Shown here piece by piece: positions 20,472-32,383 of a stretch of 64,000 nt of DNA. The stretch spans positions 32,001 through 96,000 of the forward strand of contig CAWFFH010000008.1 of assembly GCA_963815095.1 (NCBI GenBank), read 5' to 3'. The notes beneath the pieces are model-generated. The model was not told the DNA's origin and did no database searches. It saw only the letters and a list, made by a program, of their open reading frames with translations. A program made the translations under genes and the position numbers. Numbering within the stretch: the stretch's first letter is position 1; each line of letters begins with the position of its first letter. Origin of the DNA: Candidatus Bathyarchaeota archaeon. Its GTDB lineage: Archaea; Thermoproteota; Bathyarchaeia; Bathyarchaeales; Bathycorpusculaceae.

Positions 20472-21467
20472 TTGCAAACGAATAAGTTGAAAGTGGCAGT
20501 GGTTGGAGTAGGTAAGATGGGCTTAGTGCATGCTAGTATTTTTAACACTCTGCCCAATGTTGAACTTGTTGCATTATGTGATAAGAGTACTTTGATACGT
20601 AAATTCTGTAGTAAACTATTGTCTGGAGTTCATATAGTGGATGATATAACGAAAATATCTGACTTAGACATTGACATAGTTTGTGTAACTACCCCCATTC
20701 CTTCTCATTACTCAATTATCAACAGCTTCTGTTCCACCAAAAAGGCACCAAATATGTTTGTTGAGAAAACCCTTTCTTCTTCCTATTCAGATTCTGCAAA
20801 ACTGTGCGAATTGGTTCGGAATTCAGTAAGCGTTAACATGGTTGGTTATATGAAGAGGTTCGCCGTTACGTTCATAAAAGCTAAAGAACTGTTAGAACAA
20901 GGTGCTATAGGATCTACGTATTCTTTCGAAGCACATGCTTATTCATCAGATTTTTTTGGCCTAAAAAATAATCCTTCACATGTGACGTCGAGCCGGGGAG
21001 GCGTTCTTAGTGATTTGGGTTCACATGTTATTGATCTTAGTTTATGGTTTTTCGGAGATTTACAGGTTCAAACCGACCAGATCGATGCAAATGATATTCA
21101 AAACGCAGTAAAGTTTAAAGTCGCAAGCGGTGCCTCTGTTGATGGAATTTTTGATGTATCTTGGTGCAAGGAAGGTTATCATGTGCCAGAATTTGGGTTA
21201 TTAATCACCGGTTCTAAGGGTAAAATAGAGGTCGATGATGATGTAGTTGAGTTGTCGCCCGCTTCAGGACAATCAATCCGTTGGCATAGACATGACCTTA
21301 ATGATAATGTAGGTTTCTTACTCGGTGCTCCGGAATATTTCCGAGAAGATGATTATTTTGTTAAATCAATTTTGAATGGCGCTACTGCTGAACCTAGTTT
21401 TGCTACCGCTTCAAAAGTTGATTATGTAATCGAAAAGGTATTTGATGGAGCTAAAAAAAATGAGTAG
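20472..21467 (+). CDS. Gfo/Idh/MocA family NAD(P)-dependent oxidoreductase
   Basis: Motifs VVGVGKMG, FVEK, VGYMKRF, GGVLSDLGSHVID. Confidence 0.88.
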   Translation: MQTNKLKVAVVGVGKMGLVHASIFNTLPNVELVALCDKSTLIRKFCSKLLSGVHIVDDITKISDLDIDIVCVTTPIPSHYSIINSFCSTKKAPNMFVEKTLSSSYSDSAKLCELVRNSVSVNMVGYMKRFAVTFIKAKELLEQGAIGSTYSFEAHAYSSDFFGLKNNPSHVTSSRGGVLSDLGSHVIDLSLWFFGDLQVQTDQIDANDIQNAVKFKVASGASVDGIFDVSWCKEGYHVPEFGLLITGSKGKIEVDDDVVELSPASGQSIRWHRHDLNDNVGFLLGAPEYFREDDYFVKSILNGATAEPSFATASKVDYVIEKVFDGAKKNE

Positions 21468-22353
21468 GAAACAACCGATTTTGCTGGTCGGGGACAATCC
21501 ATTTCATGGTATTAGCCATCTTTCTCAACAAAATGTTAAAAATAGAGGAACTGACGTTACCAGGGCAAAATACGCTTCTGACATTGTTAAAACCTCAATC
21601 GAAAATGGCGCCAATGGATTCATGTTTTCAGTAAGCGAAACAACTCTCTCAATACTAAATATGCTCCCTGAAAAGGAGCCGAAAAAACGGCTGCATCTTT
21701 ATGCACTTGTCCCTTATGCTTACGAATATGTTAGACTGGCCACTCATGAAGGGGGTCTTCCAGGATTGGCAAAGCGCTTTGCTAAAGAGGTATTGCGATC
21801 GGGAAATTTGAAAACTGTTGGTGTTGGATTAAAGGGTGTCTTGACGTCTGATCCAATTGATGTTATGAAAGCCTATCTTTCATATGAAATTATTAGAGTT
21901 AAAGCTTCTGCAAAGAATCGAGGTGTTTTGCGTTCTGTTTTGCTTCACGAAGTAATTACTGATATGGCTATAGCTCTCAATCTTGAAAGCTTGGTTAAGT
22001 CCTACATTAAGTTTATGAATGACCATGGAATAGAACCTGGATTTGAGACGCGCAATTTTTCCTATCTTGTGAAGAAGTTTAAAGAATGGGATATAGATTT
22101 TAAGGGAATAGTTCTGGCAGCTCCGTTTAACAAAATAGGTTTCTACATGAACCCTTCTAAGGATGAGTGTGAAAAGTCGCTTGCCGATGTTTCTGGGGGC
22201 ACTGTGATTATGATGAGTATTCTGGCGGCAGGTTACTTGAAACCCAAAGAGGCTATAGATTACGTTCTTGGGCTTCCAAATGCTAATGCAGTTGTTGTAG
22301 GCGTATCTAATGAGAAGCAGGCGCGTGAAACATTCAGTCTTCTTGGAACCTGA
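21460..22353 (+). CDS. Conserved archaeal hypothetical protein, possible aldo-keto-reductase-like TIM barrel
   Basis: Motifs LLVGDNPFHGISHLS, PFNKIGFYMNP, MSILAAGYL, VVVGVS resemble the AKR-fold C-terminus. Overlaps the oxidoreductase stop. Confidence 0.55.
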   Translation: MSRKQPILLVGDNPFHGISHLSQQNVKNRGTDVTRAKYASDIVKTSIENGANGFMFSVSETTLSILNMLPEKEPKKRLHLYALVPYAYEYVRLATHEGGLPGLAKRFAKEVLRSGNLKTVGVGLKGVLTSDPIDVMKAYLSYEIIRVKASAKNRGVLRSVLLHEVITDMAIALNLESLVKSYIKFMNDHGIEPGFETRNFSYLVKKFKEWDIDFKGIVLAAPFNKIGFYMNPSKDECEKSLADVSGGTVIMMSILAAGYLKPKEAIDYVLGLPNANAVVVGVSNEKQARETFSLLGT

Positions 22354-22442
22354 ACAGAAATAGTTTCAAGGTCTCATTTGCTTAGAAATAATTTTACCAT
22401 AAAAGAAGAACAATTAACTTTACTAACATGTGATTTTTTCAA

Positions 22443-23669
22443 ATGACCTCTATTACTCTTTGCATGCTTGCTCCAGAATTTATTCCTGTCTGGGGCGGAA
22501 CAGGATCATATACTGTTGAATTGGTTAAGTCTCTCCCAAGCACTATGGATATTCATGTAGTTACACTGAAGCGTGACGTAGGTCTCTCCGCAAGAAACTC
22601 TTCTATCGATAATAATGTAGATGCAATAGTGAAAAGGTCTCTCAAAGTCCATTATTTGACCAAGTCTAGTGAGACATTTTTCTATAATCTTCCTTTTCAA
22701 CTTGCTTGTACCGCAAAAATTCCGGTACTTCACAAGAAGTTCGGCTTTGACATTATGCATTCGCATATGTGTCAGATGCCTGATGTATATTTAAAACTGC
22801 TAAATCAGCTGAAAATTCCGACTGTTGTTACTATTCATGGAACGATTCAAATGCTAAGAGATCATGCGATAATTGCACGCGATTTGTTTCATGATTTGGA
22901 ATCTGGTGAGAAATCTATTCTGCGTTTCTATCCAGTAATTAGTCAACTACAACAATTATACGTAAAAAGGGTATCCCGGTTTATTGCAGTTTCCAAAAAA
23001 ACTAAGGAGTTAGCTGTGGAACATTTTGGCGTTGACCCGAGCAAAATTAGTTTAGTATACAATGGTGTTGATGTTAATCTATTTCGAATGCCTGATGAAT
23101 CTGAACTTCTCAACAGGTATTCAAGCCCAAAAATTGTATACGTTGGGCGAATCATTTCCAAAAAAGGTATAGATATCCTCATCAAAGCGATGCCTGAGAC
23201 TTTGAAATCTTTTCCACATGCCTGTTTTGTATTTGTTGGAGGCGGTAACATTTCCCTCTACAAAGAAATGATAAAAAATAAAGGCATATCTGAGAAAAAC
23301 TATCTGTTTACAGGTCATATGGGTTATCTCGAACGAGCAAAAATATTCCGTGAAGCAACAGTATTTGTAAATCCTTCTTTTTTTGAGAACTGTTCCATTA
23401 GCATTCTTGAAGCAATGAGCAGCGGTTGTGCAGTCGTAGCAAGTAATGTAGGTGGCAATCCAGAGCTTATCCAATCTGGAAAGAATGGTTTATTGGTACG
23501 TGCATTTGATGATAAAGAGTTTGCAAGAGCGATAATTTCACTTCTAAAAGATGAGCATCTGAATAGAATAATTGGAGAGGAAGCAAGAAAAACCGTCGAA
23601 AGATCTTTTTCATCAACAAAATGTGCAAAAGACACATATGAAGTCTATAGACAAACCCTTGATTCATGA
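22443..23669 (+). CDS. GT4 glycosyltransferase
   Basis: Motifs PVWGG, YNGVD, YVGR...KG, ENCSISILEAM, NVGGNPE. Confidence 0.9.
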   Translation: MTSITLCMLAPEFIPVWGGTGSYTVELVKSLPSTMDIHVVTLKRDVGLSARNSSIDNNVDAIVKRSLKVHYLTKSSETFFYNLPFQLACTAKIPVLHKKFGFDIMHSHMCQMPDVYLKLLNQLKIPTVVTIHGTIQMLRDHAIIARDLFHDLESGEKSILRFYPVISQLQQLYVKRVSRFIAVSKKTKELAVEHFGVDPSKISLVYNGVDVNLFRMPDESELLNRYSSPKIVYVGRIISKKGIDILIKAMPETLKSFPHACFVFVGGGNISLYKEMIKNKGISEKNYLFTGHMGYLERAKIFREATVFVNPSFFENCSISILEAMSSGCAVVASNVGGNPELIQSGKNGLLVRAFDDKEFARAIISLLKDEHLNRIIGEEARKTVERSFSSTKCAKDTYEVYRQTLDS

Positions 23670-23757
23670 TTTAAAAGTAATACAATAGAAATACTTTCGA
23701 AATTTGTCAATTTTGTAACAAAAACTCCGTAACATCCTGTAATTAGAATCCAATTAT

Positions 23758-24771
23758 GTGAGTAAATTAGTTATGGCTGAAAACAATAGCAATTCTCTTG
23801 AAACTCCAGCCATAAGCGTCATTGTGGCAACGAGGGGCGACAAGTTAGATTTCTTGAAAAACTGTCTTTTGTCACTTAAAAATCAGAAGTTCAGAAACTT
23901 TGAAATTATTGTAGTTTCAAAAAGGTTTCCAAAAGAACTAGAAGATTTGTTTGAAACCGAGAATATCAGATTTATTGAGGAAAAAGGATCGACATTAGGC
24001 GCCGCCAGAAATTTAGGGGTTATAAACGCTAAAGGCGAACTGGTTTCATTCATTGATGATGATGCAGAAGCCTCGGTTGACTGGCTTGGAAAAATATCTA
24101 AAACTTTTTCATCTTTCCCTTCATTGACTTCCTTAGGCGGACCACACTTTACACTCCAAGAAAAAACCAAAAAAAGTCCTTTAAATTATTTTGAAGGTTT
24201 GTTTTTTGAAGGTAATTCCCAAGTAACATATTTTGATAAATCAGCAATTGGGAAGATAGCTGGCTGCAATGTGACGTACAAGAAGTCTGTCTTTCTAGAA
24301 ACGGGCTGTTTGAACGAGCAATTGCGAACTTGTGAAGATTGGGATTTTAATAGACGGCTAGTTGAAAAAGGATACAGTTTACGTTATGATCCAGAAATTT
24401 GGGTTTTGCATCGTAGACAGGGCCTAAAGCATGCCTTCCAAGGCAGTTCAAGAAGTGCGCCGTTTTTCTTGTCAAGGAAGACTCTTAAACTTGCAAGATA
24501 CGAATCAATGATTGCCTACTTCTATGTAACGAATTTTCTTTTTATTTTGCTTCTTGTTATTCTGATCATTTCGCCATTGTTTTTTGTCTTGTTTTTCCTT
24601 ACAATTTTAGGTGGATATATAATATTTAATGCAGTGAGAACACATACTTATAACCGTAAAATTTTGTATTTTCCGTTAGTAATTTTATTTACAGGCGCGA
24701 GAATATTAGGTTTCTATTTTGGCTTGATCAAGTATGTGGCCTCAAAATTGCGTACTTCTTTTAAGCGATGA
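23758..24771 (+). CDS. GT2 glycosyltransferase with C-terminal TM helices
   Basis: Motifs ISVIVAT, ARNLG, FIDDD, GCN, EDWDF. Confidence 0.88.
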   Translation: MSKLVMAENNSNSLETPAISVIVATRGDKLDFLKNCLLSLKNQKFRNFEIIVVSKRFPKELEDLFETENIRFIEEKGSTLGAARNLGVINAKGELVSFIDDDAEASVDWLGKISKTFSSFPSLTSLGGPHFTLQEKTKKSPLNYFEGLFFEGNSQVTYFDKSAIGKIAGCNVTYKKSVFLETGCLNEQLRTCEDWDFNRRLVEKGYSLRYDPEIWVLHRRQGLKHAFQGSSRSAPFFLSRKTLKLARYESMIAYFYVTNFLFILLLVILIISPLFFVLFFLTILGGYIIFNAVRTHTYNRKILYFPLVILFTGARILGFYFGLIKYVASKLRTSFKR

Positions 24772-24887
24772 TCTTCCCACAAATAAAATTTTTCTTCAAA
24801 TCGATAGTAAAAATTTCCAAGAGTTCTATTAATTAAAGAAATCCGACCAACGTTAATTTCTCCTTAAACTACATTAGTTGATCTCAC

Positions 24888-26015
24888 ATGCACGTTTGTA
24901 TGATTTCACGAGAATTTCCTCCTGTGACAGGTGGAATAGGCTATTTTGTTTATAATCTCTCAAAAGGGCTAGTCAAAAGGGGTCATAACGTTTCGATTAT
25001 TACTCGTGGATCTACTGGTAAAGTCGAGAAAAAATTGATAGACGGAATTAATGTATATAAAGCTACTTTCTTTCCGTTATATCCTTTTCATATGGCGTTG
25101 CATGGGTTCTTTGTTAATTCTCTTCTTAATTCTTTAAGTCCTGAGGTAAGCTTAGTTCATTTACACTCACCTTTAACTCCAAAAGTTAAGACTTCTTTAC
25201 CGGTAGTTATGACTGTTCATACCGCTATGAGGATTGACTCGAGGTATCATGAGGTAGTAGATCCTTACTCATTGGCGGAAAAAGTGCAATCGATGTATTT
25301 TTCGCCCCTTCTTGAATCTCAACTGTTAAGAATTTCAGATATAGTGACTGCTGTTTCTCCTTCCGTTGCTAATGAATTGACCGAATACGGAATAGATTCC
25401 AGTAAAGTTAAAGTAATGTGGAATGGTGTTAATGAAAAATCTTTTCCAACCAATAAAAATGAGAAATTGGAAAAATATGTATTGTACACTGGTGTATTGC
25501 GTGCTCGAAAAGGGCTTTTTGATTTAATTAAATGTGCAATCATAGTAAGTAAAATAATACCTGATGCAAAATTTGTTATTTGTGGTACCGGTCCTCTTCT
25601 TCAAAAGTTAAAGGAACAAGTTAAGAGCGCTGGGCTTGAACAGAAAGTAGTTTTCTTAGGTCGCGTAGATAGAAAGAAACTCATTAAAATATATCAAGGT
25701 GCTACGATATATGTTGTGTCTTCTATTTATGAAGGTCTTCCAACAGTTATTCTAGAAGCGATGGCTTGCGGTTTACCAGTTGTAGCCACTGATATAGGAG
25801 GCAATCGCGACTTGATTTCTTCTAATGTAAATGGGCTATTAGTTCCCCCCAGATCTCCTGAGATAATGGCACAAATGATAATGGAATTGTGGAATGATGA
25901 AAAATTGAGGAAGAAACTCGGCGATTGTGCTAGGAAAACTATTATGAAAAAGTACACATGGGATATGATAACTGACAATTTCATAAACGTTTACGAGTCC
26001 CTTCTCAAAAAATGA
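24888..26015 (+). CDS. GT4 glycosyltransferase
   Basis: Motifs EFPPVTGG, WNGV, RKG, EGLPTVILEAMACG. Confidence 0.9.
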   Translation: MHVCMISREFPPVTGGIGYFVYNLSKGLVKRGHNVSIITRGSTGKVEKKLIDGINVYKATFFPLYPFHMALHGFFVNSLLNSLSPEVSLVHLHSPLTPKVKTSLPVVMTVHTAMRIDSRYHEVVDPYSLAEKVQSMYFSPLLESQLLRISDIVTAVSPSVANELTEYGIDSSKVKVMWNGVNEKSFPTNKNEKLEKYVLYTGVLRARKGLFDLIKCAIIVSKIIPDAKFVICGTGPLLQKLKEQVKSAGLEQKVVFLGRVDRKKLIKIYQGATIYVVSSIYEGLPTVILEAMACGLPVVATDIGGNRDLISSNVNGLLVPPRSPEIMAQMIMELWNDEKLRKKLGDCARKTIMKKYTWDMITDNFINVYESLLKK

Positions 26016-26109
26016 ACTCTTATTGATTCCAAATGCATTATAAAATAAGACCTCACAGTAAAATGTTGAAATTTAGGATTCTTTTTTATATTTTGGTTGT
26101 GAAAATAGA

Positions 26110-26720
26110 ATGATTAAATCCAAAGAAGATTACGCATTCTATTTTGGCCCAGATCGACTTGCTCTAACTATAAAGCATAAGCGTCCACGGATATTTCAAG
26201 ATGAAATTTGGAAATTTGAACGTTTACTTCGAAAAGTCGAATATTTAGAAAACTGTGGAAATAATCGTTTAGATGCGATTATTCGTTTGCAGGCAAAATA
26301 TAGCCTTCAAAAGTTAAGTACACAATTTGGGTTTGCGATACCACGTAACGTGTTTGGGCCGGGCTGCAATTGCGCATGGAGGTCCCATAATAGTGCATTC
26401 AAAAGCCTTGGTAGGTGAAAATTGCAGGATTGATCGGTGCGTTTCTAGGTAGTATTCATTACCCTGCAGCTGCCCCCCAGATTGGTGATAATGTGTTTAT
26501 TGGACCCGGTGCGGTTATAGATGGTGATATTGAAATTGCAGCTGGAATAGCAATTGGAGCAAATTCGTATGTTAATAAATCTTTTAGAGAACCCGATATT
26601 ACAATTGCAGGTTGTCCAGCACGCAAGATATCCGATAAAGGTTCGCGCGAATGTTGGTTTCGATCTACTGAAATTTTGCGAAAGTTACGTTCAGAAGGTC
26701 AAATTAATAAGTTTAAATAA
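26110..26720 (+). pseudogene. LbH (hexapeptide) serine-acetyltransferase-like acyltransferase, frameshifted
   Basis: Fragments FGFAIPRNVFGPG / IAHGGPIIV / PQIGDNVFIGPGA..IGANSYVNKS..IAGCPARKI are split across frames. May be a sequencing artifact. Confidence 0.75.
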
Positions 26721-26958
26721 TTGCTTTGTTCGTAAAAGATTTGATGTATCTTTGCCCAGGTAAACATCAAATAATAATTGCAGATATCTAAAAACTATTA
26801 AATCAACTGTAAATTTATGTAATACATTATGTTGTCCCTCATTGAGAATGTTGGCGATTTTGTCCGCTTTTGAATTTTTGTTTAACAAAAAGAAACTAGT
26901 TACTATTAATACATATCGTTTATATTGAGGGTTAAGATATGAGATGCAAGTGTGTTGA

Positions 26959-28233
26959 ATGGCCAAAAAGCTATCGCTTGCATTGTGCATTTGTTTGATG
27001 GTCTGCTATTCATTTAATATGTATTATACTGAGGCGTCAGCTCAACTCAATCAACAATATCCTCTTTCGGAATTGTTTCGATCACCTCCGCTCCAACTTC
27101 TTTTATTTTTGGAAATTCAATAATCGGCACAAATCTCGGGCAAAACGATGCTAACGCTCAATCTATCTCGTACTTCACATGCACTGCAACGGGATCAATT
27201 ACTGACATAATAGCATATCAATGGAGTGTCATCAGGCAGTGCGATAGCAGCATTATATGCAGTTAGCGGAGGGTCAGCAGGAGTTTTACTGGTACAACCC
27301 ATCCCCTAAACGTAAGCACCGATTTTTCATGGAAAGACTTCCAACTACAAACACCGTATACTGTAACATCAGGCACGACCTACGGACTCGCAATAATGGG
27401 CAACATTGCCCTAAACATTATGGAGGGTGCAACAGGTCAACGAGACCACAATGCTGTCAGTTCCTACGTAAATGGCTTCAAAAATCCTTTCGGAACCATA
27501 TGGGGAACCGATAACAGTGGCGCTATGAGCATTTATGCAATAGGCGCTACTTTGTCTCCGACTCCAACGCCTACTTTGTCTCCGACTCCAACGCCTACTT
27601 TGTCGCCGATTCCAACGTCCAAACCATCTTCGGTAAACCTGGAACCTCTTAGCGCTTTCACCGAACAAGCCACTGATTACAGTTACTCACACGTTGACTA
27701 CTCGGTTACTCATAATGGGAATCCGAGCATTTACACTTCTTTGCCATCTATTCCTTTAGTGGTCGTGCCAACGGTGAAATTGATGGTGCTTGGGTTTTAG
27801 TTAATCCCGGGGACCATATAGATTTTGGATGTTGGATTTATGCACCAGACGATGCGCCTTATATTCGTGATCCAGCCTATTCAGGGGCAAGAACAGGCGT
27901 TGACTTCTATGTTTCCAGCGGATCAGCTAATTTAGGCATTGGGATTCCTTATTACAATGCTATTCATGCTGGAGGGCATCCTGATAATTACGTGGGTGAA
28001 CCAACCGCTCGGATGTGAATATTCAGTTTGGTACTGCTGGGTGGCAATATGTAGAGTGGGACTTCTACATTCCAACCGACACATTCACTTTGATGTATGG
28101 AGGAAATCCATGGGCGTTGCATACTATTCCTTCAACGCAAATCCAAAGTATTGTGCCTTGGTTAGACCTTTCAAATTATGATGATGCTTGCCATGCATGG
28201 TTCTTAGAGCCAACTTTATACATCAATCCATAA
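26959..28233 (+). pseudogene. Secreted modular protein (signal peptide, beta-rich domain, Pro/Thr linker, C-terminal ...YINP domain), multiply frameshifted
   Basis: MAKKLSLALCICLMV signal peptide at 26959. Fragments at 27396, 27939 and 28015 join into one reading. C-terminal domain is homologous to 58946-59518. Confidence 0.7.
27547..27617 (+). repeat. 24-bp tandem repeat x3 encoding (TLSPTPTP)n linker
   Basis: Two exact copies of ctactttgtctccgactccaacgc and a third degenerate copy. Confidence 0.9.
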
Positions 28234-28465
28234 TACTTTTTCTTTTGAGTGAACTTCAAAAATTATAGCCAATTTTAGACTCGACAAATAGATAAAATAA
28301 CAATCGACCAATTTGGAGACCTAAGACTGAGCCTGGACTTAACCGAAGCACGCAGATATGCTAAGTAGCGTGGGGATTGATATGTCTTTTTCAATTCATT
28401 GATATTAAATTAGTTTAGGCGATTTCTGAAATGGTTAGTTGATAATCTTCAGCAAGGCGTAGACT

Positions 28466-30042
28466 ATGGAAAAAAATAAGCTCCTCTTAATCCCTTTTTT
28501 TTGTAGGCCTTGCGCTTTTAATATATTCATGGTACTTGAGTTTTCCTTTATCGGTTGATTTTGTCAGTGACTCAATTTTTAATCATATTTCAATTTTGTA
28601 TTGGTTCAGTATTCCTTTATTGTTTACGTCGATGTTTCTGATTTCTATTAGTTTCAAAAACAAGTATTGGATATGGATAGTAACTATCAGCTTTGTATTT
28701 GTACTCTATTCATTATCGTACTTCTATTTCACAATGTCAACCGCCGATGCAGCTTTTTTCAGAGGGCTGACAGAAAATTTCATTAAAACGAATAGTTTGA
28801 ACGCTTCACAATATATCCATAGTTATTACCAGTGGCCTTCTTTTTTCCTTTTAGCTGGAATAACCACATTAATCAGCGGATTAAATTTGGCTAATTATGA
28901 ATTCATACTCTATGCAATTTTAGGGTTTCTACTTGCAACTGCTTTGTATATTTACTGCTTCAAAGGCATACAATCGCGGTGCTTTTTTCGCTGTTTCGGC
29001 CTTCTTTGTTGTAATGTTTTTGTTCTTGAATTATCAAGCCGTTCCATTCTCGCTTGCATTTGCGCTTCTGCTTGTCATGTTAGTTTTGGAGACAAGAGAA
29101 AAGGGTGCTGGTACCATATTGGCAATGTTCGTCTTGTATGTAAGTACAGTAATTACGCATGCTTTTGTTCCCCTTTTTTTTGTAATCTATTTACTCATTC
29201 GGAGCATTATAGGCAGAAGTAGACAGTATTTCGAATTTTTTATGTTGACATTAATCATCTATGTCTTAGCGCAAATAACATTTGTTGTATTTTCTTTTAA
29301 GAGTAATATTATTAGCGTTTTTGCCGCACCGAGCGAATATTCCAATGTCGCGGGGGCTACTCTTGCATCAACTTCCGTTGAGATTGATGCAATCCCCCAT
29401 TTCTTTTCTAGATGGATAACAATTGCATTTGCAATTTTATGTATTGCAGGTTTCGTTTTCCTATTATATAGAAGAAAGTTAAGGAAAATAGACACTGCTA
29501 TTTTTTTAACGGGAATTGTTTATTCGGGTTTAGGTGTTGTTCTTAATGTCTTAGGAACACGTGCAATATCACTACTCTTTATTCCAATCACATTGGGGGT
29601 AGCTTATCTTTTTCAAAGCAAGTTTAGAAAATACCTTAAATTTTTGTTTGTTATCCTGTTAGTTTTTGTTGTTTTCATTCCAATGCATCCTTCATTTAGT
29701 AGTTATCCAATAACTTTTCAAACAAAAGAGGATATTGCGACATCTAACTTCATGATCGAGAAATACGATTGGGCATCCAAAAGCATAGTAATTACTGATT
29801 CTTATAGGAGTTGGTATATACTTCCACAAGTACAGGGAAATACAGAAATCGATTCCAACCTCATTTCGCGCTTTGGGATATTAAACATTACTAAGTATGA
29901 TTCCATAGTATATTCGGTGGGTTTGGCAGAAAGTCTATACGCGTCTAATATTTCAATTGAAGCTACATCTCAACAAATAATGGATAAATTTGATATAGTT
30001 TATAATTCAGGTTTCTCTTACATTGCAACCAAAAGCAGGTAA
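28466..30042 (+). pseudogene. Polytopic membrane protein, GT-C/polymerase-like, frameshifted
   Basis: ATG at 28466 (MEKNKLLLIPF), shift in a T8 run and again near 28960. More than 10 TM segments; loop DAAFFRG...YYQWPSF. Confidence 0.6.
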
Positions 30043-30135
30043 AGTAATACTATAACAAATCTGTATCATCACTGATTTGTTAGAAACTCCATAGTTGAAT
30101 TTACGTACGATTATTCATAGCTTGGTTGGTCAAAT

Positions 30136-31218
30136 TTGAACATTCTGTATTATGGTGAGCCTAATTTAGCAAAAGGGGGCGGCGTAAATAAAGTCGCTTA
30201 CTACCTTCCCGAAGCTTTGAGAAAAAAAATAGGTGTCACTTACTTGCCAAGTATTAAGTCAAATAAAAATTTTCTAGAAATTTACTTAAAAGTATTTAGC
30301 CAGTTTGTCAAAAAAGAATTCGATATTATTCATTTCAATGCTAATCCTGCCTGGATTAATGGAAGTTCTATGTTGTTGAGATTTGCAAAGTTGACCCAAA
30401 CTCCCACGATTCTCAATATTCACGGTATTCCTCAGTTAGAACGGATAGCTGAAAAGGTTAATGATTCTGTTTCATTTTCTGATTGGATGCCTACTTTAAT
30501 CTATTGCAACTTGGCAGACCGAATAGTTGTCAACTCAGAATTTATGCGAAATAATGTTGTTGCATGGTATAGAGTAAATCCCCAAAAAGTTGTAGTTATC
30601 CCTAATGGTGTGGATCAAAAGATATTTACCAACTGTGATAATAGAATGCCCTTAGACGGTGATCCTTCTGTGTTGTATATTGGACACTTTTCAACGCTAA
30701 AAGGCGTTGATATCTTAATTCAATCGATAGCCCACCTTAAGTCTCAATTTCCAAATATTAAACTGCATCTCGTTGGGAGTGGCAATGATCACTATTTTTC
30801 GCTTATTGCGAAGAAGGAAGGAATTGAAAAAAATGTGGTTTTTCACGGTTGGGCAAAGCAACCGGTGGCAGCTTGTTACTATAAATCTGCGGATATTTGC
30901 GTTTTTCCTTCAAGGCATGAAGGTTTTGGGTTAGTTGTTCTTGAAGCTATGGCTTCAGGAATACCCATAATAGCTTCGGATATTCCAAGTTTTAGGGAAA
31001 TAATCTCTGATGGAGTAGATGGCAAGCTATTCAAAACCGAGGATTCTGGTGCCTTGTCAAAGGCAATAGTTAATTTAAGCCAAGATCCTCAACTGAGAAA
31101 AGAATTATCTCTTAATGCATATCAAAAAGCTTCACAATACAGCTGGGAAAACATAGCCGACAAATACATTCTGTTGTACAAATCCTTACTCAATTGTGCT
31201 TCTATAAATTACAATTAA
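30136..31218 (+). CDS. GT4 glycosyltransferase
   Basis: Motifs IPNGVD, KGVD, EGFGLVVLEAMASG. Intact. Confidence 0.9.
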   Translation: MNILYYGEPNLAKGGGVNKVAYYLPEALRKKIGVTYLPSIKSNKNFLEIYLKVFSQFVKKEFDIIHFNANPAWINGSSMLLRFAKLTQTPTILNIHGIPQLERIAEKVNDSVSFSDWMPTLIYCNLADRIVVNSEFMRNNVVAWYRVNPQKVVVIPNGVDQKIFTNCDNRMPLDGDPSVLYIGHFSTLKGVDILIQSIAHLKSQFPNIKLHLVGSGNDHYFSLIAKKEGIEKNVVFHGWAKQPVAACYYKSADICVFPSRHEGFGLVVLEAMASGIPIIASDIPSFREIISDGVDGKLFKTEDSGALSKAIVNLSQDPQLRKELSLNAYQKASQYSWENIADKYILLYKSLLNCASINYN

Positions 31219-31322
31219 AGAGGGCCAAAAGGAAGTTTTCTGTTTTAATAATAGTTGGCTGACCTAAATGGTGCTTTTTCCTCAAAGAGAACCTGCGTTT
31301 GATTTTTTGGGAGTTTTAAGTA

Positions 31323-32191
31323 ATGGGAATAAATGTTAGCATTTTAATTACTGTTAGGAACGTTGAGCAATACATTGATCGATGTTTAAAATCTATATTA
31401 CAACAGACATTTACTGATTTTGAGGTTATTTTGATCGATGATTTGAGTAATGACAAAACGAAGGATATAATAGAAAAATTCACAGACAAACGAATAAGAT
31501 ATTTTAGAAACAAAGAATTACTTGGACTATCTCAGAGTAGAAATGAATGTGTGAAGCAGGCAAGAGGCGATTTTGTTTTCTTCACTGATGGTGATTGCGT
31601 AGTTTCCCAAATTGGCTTCAGGAAGGAATAACATATCTCAAAACCGCGGGTTACGTTGGTGTTGAAGGGAAAACTTACTACATTTCAAAAGAATACAAAC
31701 CCACTCGTTCAGATGATGTGGTTGAAAATAAGACCGGCGAATTATTCATGACCTGCAATATTGCCTACAAGAAAGCAATTTATCGAAAGGATCGGTGGTT
31801 TTGATAAAAGATTTACTTACCATGAAGATCGAGATCTTGCCCTTAGAGCACTTAAGCAAGGCCGAATCTTTTTTAACCCTAAAATGGTAGTGTATCATCA
31901 GAAAAAAACCTTAACACCCATACAGTTTTTAAAAAAAGGCAAAATACTTAGAAACAATGTATTGCTCTATAAGAAATCTAAAGAAAGACCTCTTTTCATC
32001 GGAAGAATCGTTTATCCAAAAGACTTGCTGGCAATAATTTTTCCTCCCTCTAATATTCACAAGTCTTTTTAGAAATGTGAATAAAACAAAAAGAAGATTT
32101 TGCTTTATTCTCCTTTATTTACATAAAACTAGTTTATGAACGCCTTACATTATGGGATATGTGCGCAAGAGAACGAGTTTTTCTAATTTAA
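31323..32191 (+). pseudogene. GT2 glycosyltransferase, frameshifted
   Basis: VSILITVRN...FTDGDC, then TCNIAY, GGFD..HEDRDL and a C-terminus ending CARERVFLI*, spread over several frames. Confidence 0.8.
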
Positions 32192-32383
32192 AAAGCAATA
32201 ACTAAAATAAGGTAATTTCAACTCAATAATGAGCGTTTTCCAATTTGACAAAAAACCTTATGCAATTAAAAAGTGTCTTTTTAACATTAAATAAACAAAA
32301 TAAATTAGAGTTTCCTTTTCATCACACAGTAAAGTAATAGATCATTACAATAGTTTTAAAATGCCTTAACTATTCAAGAGGGA

